Notes under the pieces: generated by a model
What the model was told of the DNA's origin: nothing
What the model saw: the letters and a program-made list of their open reading frames with translations, nothing else
Databases searched by the model: none
Program-made: the position numbers and the translations under genes
DNA from: Eledone cirrhosa
Lineage: Eukaryota
Reading direction: 5' to 3'
Length of the DNA: 64,000 nucleotides
Assembly: GCA_964016885.1 (NCBI GenBank)
Contig: OZ024759.1
Coordinates: 186,001-250,000 of the forward strand
In this document: positions 58,601 through 64,000 of the stretch, piece after piece
How the letters are laid out: every line of letters starts with the position of its first letter
Position numbering within the stretch: the stretch's first letter is position 1

Positions 58601-61600
58601 CGACACAGTCTATATTAGTAACATGACAAAGTCTATATTAGTAACATGCCAGTCTATATTAGTAACATGACAAAGTCTATATTAGTAACATGACAAAGTC
58701 TATATTAGTAGCATGACACAGTCTATATTAGTAACATGACACAGTCTATATTAGTAACATGACAGTCTATATTAGTAACATGACAAAGTCTATATTAGTA
58801 GCATGACAAAGTCTATATTAGTAACATGACACAGTCTATATTAGTAACATGACAGTCTATATTAGTAACATGACACAGTCTATATTAGTAACATGACAAA
58901 GTCTATATTAGTAGCATGAGAAAGTCTATATTAGTAACATGACAGTCTATATTAGTAACATGACAAAGTCTATATTAGTAGCATGACAAAGTCTATATTA
59001 GTAGCATGACACAGTCTATATTAGTAACATGACACAGTCTATATTAGTAACATGACACAGTCTATATTAGTAACATGACAAAGTCTATATTAGTAGCATG
59101 ACAAAGTCTATATTAGTAACATGACAAAGTCTATATTAGTAACATGACACAGTCTATATTAGTAACATGACAAAGTCTATATTAGTAACATGACAAAGTC
59201 TATATTAGTAACATGACACAGTCTATATTAGTAACATGACACAGTCTATATTAGTAACATGACACAGTCTATATTAGTAACATGACAAAGTCTATATTAG
59301 TAACATGGCAAAGTCTATATTAGTAACATGACAAAGTCTATATGAGTAACATGACAAGGTCTATATTAGTAACATGACACAGTCTATATTAGTAACATGA
59401 CAAAGTCTATATTAGTAACATGACAGTCTATATTAGTAACATGACAAAGTCTATATTAGTAACATGACAAAGTCTATATTAGTAACATGACAGTCTATAT
59501 TAGTAACATGACACAGTCTATATTAGTAACATGACACAGTCTATATTAGTAACATGACATAGACTATATTAGTAACATGACAAAGTCTATATTAGTAACA
59601 TGACAGTCTATATTAGTAACATGACAAAGTCTATATTAGTAACATGACACAGTCTATATTAGTAACATGACAAAGTCTCTATTAGTAACATGACAAAGTC
59701 TATATTAGTAACATGACAGTCTATATTAGTAACATGACAAAGTCTCTATTAGTAACATGACAAAGACTATATTAGTAACATGACAGTCTATATTAGTAAC
59801 ATGACAAAGTCTATATTAGTAACATGACAGTCTATATTGTAACATGACACAGTCTATATTAGTAACATGACACAGTCTATATTAGTAACATGACAGTCTA
59901 TATTAGTAACATGACAAAGTCTATATTAGTAACATGACAATGTCTATATTAGTAACATGACAAAGTCTATATTAGTAACATGACAAAGTCTATATTAGTA
60001 GCATGACACAGTCTATATTAGTAACATGACAAAGTCTATATTAGTAACATGACACAGTCTATATTAGTAACATGACAAAGTCTATATTAGTAACATGACA
60101 AAGTCTATATTAGTAGCATGACACAGTCTATATTAGTAACATGACACAGTCTATATTAGTAACATGACAGTCTATATTAGTAACATAACAAAGTCTATAT
60201 TAGTAGCATGAAAAAGTCTATATTAGTAACATGACACTGTCTATATTAGTAACATGACAGTCTATATTAGTAACATGACACAGTCTATATTAGTAACATG
60301 ACAAAGTCTATATTAGTAACATGACAGTCTATATTAGTAACATGACAAAGTCTATATTAGTAACATGACAGTCTATATTAGTAACATGATAGTCTATATT
60401 AGTAGCATGACAAAGTCTATATTAGTAACATGACACAGTCTATATTAGTAACATGACACAGTCTATATTAGTAACATGACAAAGTCTATATTAGTAGCAT
60501 GACAAAGTCTATATTAGTAACATGACACAGTCTATATTAGTAACATGACACAGTCTATATTAGTAACATGACAAAGTCTATATTAGTAACATGACAGTCT
60601 ATATTAGTAACATGACAAAGTCTATATTAGTACCATGACAAAGTCTATATTAGTAACTTGACAGTCTATATTAGTAACATGACAGTCCATATTAGTAGCA
60701 TGACAAAGTCTATATTAGTAACATGACAAAGTCTATATTAGTAACATGACACAGTCTATATTAGTAACATGACACAGTCTATATTAGTAACATGACACAG
60801 TCTATATTAGTAACATGACAAAGTCTATATTAGTAACATGCCAGTCTATATTAGTAACATGACAAAGTCTATATTAGTAACATGACAAAGTCTATATTAG
60901 TAGCATGACACAGTCTATATTAGTAACATGACACAGTCTATATTAGTAACATGACAGTCTATATTAGTAACATGACAAAGTCTATATTAGTAGCATGACA
61001 AAGTCTATATTAGTAACATGACACAGTCTATATTAGTAACATGACAGTCTATATTAGTAACATGACACAGTCTATATTAGTAACATGACAAAGTCTATAT
61101 TAGTAGCATGAGAAAGTCTATATTAGTAACATGACAGTCTATATTAGTAACATGACAAAGTCTATATTAGTAGCATGACAAAGTCTATATTAGTAGCATG
61201 ACACAGTCTATATTAGTAACATGACACAGTCTATATTAGTAACATGACACAGTCTATATTAGTAACATGACAAAGTCTATATTAGTAGCATGACAAAGTC
61301 TATATTAGTAACATGACAAAGTCTATATTAGTAACATGACACAGTCTATATTAGTAACATGACAAAGTCTATATTAGTAACATGACAAAGTCTATATTAG
61401 TAACATGACACAGTCTATATTAGTAACATGACACAGTCTATATTAGTAACATGACACAGTCTATATTAGTAACATGACAAAGTCTATATTAGTAACATGG
61501 CAAAGTCTATATTAGTAACATGACAAAGTCTATATGAGTAACATGACAAGGTCTATATTAGTAACATGACACAGTCTATATTAGTAACATGACAAAGTCT

Positions 61601-64000
61601 ATATTAGTAACATGACAGTCTATATTAGTAACATGACAAAGTCTATATTAGTAACATGACAAAGTCTATATTAGTAACATGACAGTCTATATTAGTAACA
61701 TGACACAGTCTATATTAGTAACATGACACAGTCTATATTAGTAACATGACATAGACTATATTAGTAACATGACAAAGTCTATATTAGTAACATGACAGTC
61801 TATATTAGTAACATGACAAAGTCTATATTAGTAACATGACACAGTCTATATTAGTAACATGACAAAGTCTCTATTAGTAACATGACAAAGTCTATATTAG
61901 TAACATGACAGTCTATATTAGTAACATGACAAAGTCTCTATTAGTAACATGACAAAGACTATATTAGTAACATGACAGTCTATATTAGTAACATGACAAA
62001 GTCTATATTAGTAACATGACAGTCTATATTGTAACATGACACAGTCTATATTAGTAACATGACACAGTCTATATTAGTAACATGACAGTCTATATTAGTA
62101 ACATGACAAAGTCTATATTAGTAACATGACAATGTCTATATTAGTAACATGACAAAGTCTATATTAGTAACATGACAAAGTCTATATTAGTAGCATGACA
62201 CAGTCTATATTAGTAACATGACAAAGTCTATATTAGTAACATGACACAGTCTATATTAGTAACATGACAAAGTCTATATTAGTAACATGACAAAGTCTAT
62301 ATTAGTAGCATGACACAGTCTATATTAGTAACATGACACAGTCTATATTAGTAACATGACAGTCTATATTAGTAACATAACAAAGTCTATATTAGTAGCA
62401 TGAAAAAGTCTATATTAGTAACATGACACTGTCTATATTAGTAACATGACAGTCTATATTAGTAACATGACACAGTCTATATTAGTAACATGACAAAGTC
62501 TATATTAGTAGCATGAGAAAGTCTATATTAGTAACATGACAGTCTATATTAGTAACATGACAAAGTCTATATTAGTAGCATGACAAAGTCTATATTTGTA
62601 GCATGACACAGTCTATATTAGTAACATGACACAGTCTATATTAGTAACATGACACAGTCTATATTAGTAACATGACAAAGTCTATATTAGTAGCATGACA
62701 AAGTCTATATTAGTAACATGACAAAGTCTATATTAGTAACATGACACAGTCTATATTAGTAACATGACAAAGTCTATATTAGTAACATGACACAGTCTAT
62801 ATTAGTAACATGACAGTCTATATTAGTAACATGACAAAGTCTATATTAGTAGCATGACAAAGTCTATATTAGTAACATGACACAGTCTATATTAGTAACA
62901 TGACATAGACTATATTAGTAACATGACAAAGTCTATATTAGTAACATGACAAAGTCTATATTAGTAACATGACAGTCTATATTGTAACATGACACAGTCT
63001 ATATTAGTAACATGACACAGTCTATATTAGTAACATGACAAAGTCTATATTAGTAACATGACACAGTCTATATTAGTAACATGACAAAGTCTATATTAGT
63101 AACATGACAGTCTATATTAGTAACATGACAGTCTATATTAGTAACATGACAAAGTCTATATTAGTAACATGACATAGACTATATTATTAACATGACAAAG
63201 TCTATATTAGTAACATGACAAAGTCTATATTAGTAACATGACAGTCTATATTGTAACATGACACAGTCTATATTAGTAACATGACAAAGTCTATATTAGT
63301 AACATGACAGTCTATATTAGTAACATGATAGTCTATATTAGTAGCATGACAAAGTCTATATTAGTAACATGACACAGTCTATATTAGTAACATGACACAG
63401 TCTATATTAGTAACATGACAAAGTCTATATTAGTAGCATGACAAAGTCTATATTAGTAACATGACACAGTCTATATTAGTAACATGACACAGTCTATATT
63501 AGTAACATGACAAAGTCTATATTAGTAACATGACAGTCTATATTAGTAACATGACAGTCCATATTAGTAGCATGACAAAGTCTATATTAGTAACATGACA
63601 AAGTCTATATTAGTAACATGACACAGTCTATATTAGTAACATGACACAGTCTATATTAGTAACATGACACAGTCTATATTAGTAACATGACAAAGTCTAT
63701 ATTAGTAACATGGCAAAGTCTATATTAGTAACATGACAAAGTCTATATGAGTAACATGACAAGGTCTATATTAGTAACATGACAAAGTCTATATTAGTAA
63801 CATGATAAAGTCTATATTAGTAACATGACAAAGTCTATATTAGTAACATGACAGTGTATATTAGTAACATGACAGTCTATATTAGTAGCATGACAAAGTC
63901 TATATTAGTAACATGACACAGTCTATATTAGTAACATGACAAAGTCTATATTAGTACCATGACAAAGTCTATATTAGTAACATGACAAAGTCTATATTAG
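54400..64000. repeat. Dispersed copy of about 28.4-35.8 kb (offset about 25.96 kb, rising to about 28.2 kb after an internal 2192-bp duplication)
   Basis: GTCTAAATTAG (28485/54451, 32058/58022), GACGAAG (30221/56187), CAAACTCTAT (31538/57502), and GACAGTGTAT following GATAAAG (35631/63854). Confidence 0.88.
58090..62510. repeat. Tandem duplication, period 2192 bp
   Basis: GTACCATG (58441/60633), CATGCCAGTC (58649/60841), GCATGAAAAAG (60211/62403). One difference seen: C58601 vs T60793. Confidence 0.92.

Larger units (their letters stand above)
1..64000. repeat. Tandem satellite array, 23/21-bp monomer GTCTATATTAGTAACATGAC(AAA|ACA|A); runs off both window edges
   Basis: Every line parses into the same monomer. 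The commonest unit is GTCTATATTAGTAACATGACAAA (23 bp, 6/23 G+C). Frequent variants are ...GACACA (23 bp), ...GACA (21 bp) and GTAAC>GTAGC. I saw no inversion or unique insert. Confidence 0.99.

Noticed and set aside
1-64000. CRISPR array (palindromic 20-bp repeat with variable intervening bases)
   Set aside because: Intervening sequence is only 1-3 nt from a handful of recurring types. There are no unique spacers, leader or cas genes.
1-64000. Repetitive protein-coding ORF (ATG in almost every monomer; the 21-bp unit reads VYISNMT)
   Set aside because: Two of three frames per monomer contain stops on each strand (TAG/TAA or TGA on +; TAG or TAA on -). The dominant 23-bp units shift the frame, so open stretches last only a few monomers.
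1-64000. Telomerase-type telomeric repeat (contains TTAG; some budding yeasts have repeats of about 23 bp)
   Set aside because: There is no G-rich strand and no match to a telomere repeat I know. Kilobase blocks of identical variant order indicate recombinational copying rather than templated addition. A subtelomeric location is not excluded.
1-64000. A single regular higher-order repeat
   Set aside because: Marker spacings vary from 952 to 7616 bp and duplication periods differ, so the structure is nested and irregular.
1-64000. Pure sequencing or rolling-circle artefact, or random-error noise
   Set aside because: Rare variants recur in the same order at fixed multi-kb offsets with a hierarchical history, which random error or a single circular template would not give. 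The copy number of individual blocks could still be mis-assembled.
1-64000. Promoter elements (TATATT as a TATA or -10 box; TTGACA in AACTTGACA and GTCACTTGACA variants as a -35 box) or plasmid iterons
   Set aside because: These are chance matches within an AT-rich monomer. There is no downstream gene or rep gene, and the copy number is far beyond iteron arrays.
1-64000. Near absence of CpG as a methylation signature
   Set aside because: The consensus monomer simply lacks CpG, so the whole array is effectively one observation. CpG occurs only in rare variants (GACACGG, TTCGTA, GACGAA, AACGTG).

Overview
The whole 64,000-bp window is one uninterrupted, head-to-tail, AT-rich tandem array (satellite or very long minisatellite). 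It is built from a 20-bp core, GTCTATATTAGTAACATGAC, followed by a short variable linker: AAA or ACA gives 23-bp monomers, A gives 21-bp monomers, and ATA, ACG and AAG are rarer. That is roughly 2,800-2,900 monomers, all in the same orientation, with no unique sequence and no array end in view. I find no genes, RNA genes, mobile elements or CRISPR array, and no evidence of a protein-coding system. Two things carry information. First, the monomer is a near-perfect inverted repeat with variation concentrated in the linker between GAC and GTC. Second, rare variant monomers act as barcodes for a nested history of kilobase duplications: tandem periods of 952, 1380-1382, 2192, 2541, 4020 and 6790 bp, and dispersed copies at offsets of about 10.7, 11.4, 20.1, 21.9 and 26.0 kb. 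There is no single fixed higher-order repeat. The host and function cannot be determined from this window; eukaryotic satellite DNA is an inference. All coordinates were read by eye, so boundaries are approximate to about one monomer.
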